Shown: piece by piece, positions 61,760 through 64,000 of the stretch | Layout of the letters: each line of letters opens with the position of its first letter | How positions within the stretch are numbered: position 1 is the first letter of the stretch | Made by a program: the position numbers and the translations under genes | The notes under the pieces: generated by a model | The model's database searches: none | Told to the model about the DNA's origin: nothing | The model's input: the letters and a program-made list of their open reading frames with translations, nothing else | NCBI RefSeq assembly: GCF_001194135.2 | Contig: NC_068988.1 | Coordinates: 26,119,537-26,183,536, forward strand | Direction of reading: 5' to 3' | Length of the DNA stretch: 64,000 nt | Source of the DNA: Octopus bimaculoides | Lineage: Eukaryota

Positions 61760-62146
61760 CTATATATATATGTATGCATGTATGTATGGTGGTATATATC
61801 CATATATACATGTATATCGATACAAATACATATACACGCATGCATATATGTATGAATATATGTATGTACGTGTGCATATGTGATAGAAGCGTACACTTAT
61901 ATTAAATATTTTGACTGATAATATAAACGCCTTAATCTATAATTTGAATAACATGATTTTGTAGAAGCATTTTAGTGCTGTGATAACATGTATATTTAAT
62001 TATGTGACTATTAAGATCTCATGCATGGGATATTGAATCATAAATTTACAAATATATATTCGTGGTATACACGAATATACATTTGGGGTGGAGGGTATAA
62101 TTTCTGTACTTGTGCATCTTTTTGTGTTGTTAAATATACAAATATA

Positions 62147-62230
62147 TTGGGTTGTCCGGAAGTCTCGTGCCGATGTATAGTAGCTTACCTTTCGACTTAT
62201 TTGCCGTGAAACCACCTCAATTCTGGGAAA
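62147..62230 (+). mobile_element. Isolated mariner-type terminal fragment
   Basis: TA followed by TTGGGTTGTCCGGAAGTCTCGTGCCGAT, similar to the TIR ending at 29929 (TTGGGTTGGCAAC...GCCG); no partner TIR seen. Confidence 0.45.
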
Positions 62231-62983
62231 ACAACGACGACGATGAAGATGATGATGAAGGCGATTTTATATGTTCGATTGATTTGGTGACAACCTTGTG
62301 GTTATCTAAGCCATTGTAGAAGATTAGTTTTTGCTTACGATTGTTTGTTCATTAGGTTATCCAATTTACTATAATGTAGGTGGAGAAAATAATATTCATA
62401 TTTTATCTTTTATCTCTAAGTTGTTTCATTTACTGGACAGCGGTGATGTTCGATGAACTACAGTGAATTGTTTAGTTGGACAGATCGATCAAATATGTAA
62501 AAAAAAAAAATCTATTTTTAAGAAAAGTACTTCTTCCCATGACGAAATACCGCACCCCTAAAGCATTTAAACAATTCATAGATTAAGTATGTCACATCAA
62601 TAGAAGCTGCTTCAAACACAAAATACAATTTGTTTTACTTCTGCCGTGATGTTGTACAACAGCAGATAGGTTTTACGCTACTGGCATATACTTCGTTACC
62701 AACGATTTGAATTCGTTTCGGGGATGAGTCGAGTATACGAAATCAGAAGCTTAATCAACTGTGAAATATTGATATTTGTCGCACTTGATCACCTAGAGGG
62801 CGATTCGTGTCGCCTGGCAGTGATGTATACAGTGCATTTTAAGAATCTAAGTCATGAAGGTACGTTCAATCGACGAAATACTGCAGCTTAAAACAGTTTA
62901 AACAAAACACATACATTAGGTTTGTAACGTCAGTTAAACACAAGCACGCACACACACATACACATGTATATGTATATATATTT

Positions 62984-63024
<41 letters not shown>

Positions 63025-63305
63025 NNNNNNNNNNNNNNNNNNNNNNNNNNNNNNNNNNNNNNNNNNNNNNNNNNNNNNNNNNNNNNNNNNNNNNNNNNNN
63101 NNNNNNNNNNNNNNNNNNNNNNNNNNNNNNNNNNNNNNNNNNNNNNNNNNNNNNNNNNNNNNNNNNNNNNNNNNNNNNNNNNNNNNNNNNNNNNNNNNNN
63201 NNNNNNNNNNNNNNNNNNNNNNNNNNNNNNNNNNNNNNNNNNNNNNNNNNNNNNNNNNNNNNNNNNNNNNNNNNNNNNNNNNNNNNNNNNNNNNNNNNNN
63301 NNNNN

Positions 63306-63352
<47 letters not shown>

Positions 63353-63829
63353 ATACATACATACATATATATAAATTGACAGAATGAGATTTTAAAAAAT
63401 AAGGCAGTATATAAATGCAGCTGTTTCTGGGATATTTTATATTATATCCCTTCATCAGAGACGGTGCGAGAAAATGATTGAATATTAATTATTGCCTTGC
63501 TTTTTTCAATTATCACATTCTGTCAATTTATATATATATATATGCATGGTAATGCATGACCCACTTGGACTCCTCACTTGTATCATTACTTACCGTTTAC
63601 CTGATAGCTTTTGGGTCTTCCTGACACCAATACCTTTCATACCCTTGAGTATATGTGCATGTATGTGCGTGTGTGTGTGTGTATTTGTGTGTGTGTGTGT
63701 GTATGTATGTGTGTGTATGTGTGTGTGTGTGTGTGTGTATCTCTGTATCGCATTTTCTAGCCTGGGGAATACTTCAGCAGTATATACTTTCATTAAATAT
63801 TGTAAATACATCATTGTATGTGTGTATAA

Positions 63830-63899
<70 letters not shown>

Positions 63900-64000
63900 C
63901 TATATACGTTCATATAATCTCTATACCATGTATTGAAAAATGCCTACTTCAACTGCTGATTCGATATAAGTGTAAATTGGAAATACAATTTTCGAATTCC

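Overview
Eukaryotic, AT-rich, microsatellite-saturated genomic DNA with many N-gaps. The repeat types and composition point to a coleoid cephalopod, probably Octopus (inference, not database-checked). I recognise no complete host gene, and most of the supplied ORFs are artefacts of microsatellites or gaps. The left ~34 kb is a pile of decayed transposons: a Tc1 (IR/DR-type end), a maT-like mariner, an intron-containing pogo-like transposase, a mariner, Penelope-like elements, Tx1/L1-like and R4/Dong-like LINEs, and at least three tRNA-derived SINE families. The right ~30 kb is TE-poor and intron-like. It holds CR1 fragments, a 3-finger C2H2 remnant, a gap-free 70-bp-arm hairpin and a series of candidate frame-preserving small exons on the + strand. 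Two or three candidate minus-strand exons at 0.5-3.7 kb may be the 3' end of an unrecognised gene. The most interesting observations are: spliced pogo transposase; SINEs with swappable tails, one shared with a LINE-like 3' end; R4/Dong-like elements chained through (AAT)n tracts; the candidate phase-2 microexon series; and the long hairpin.
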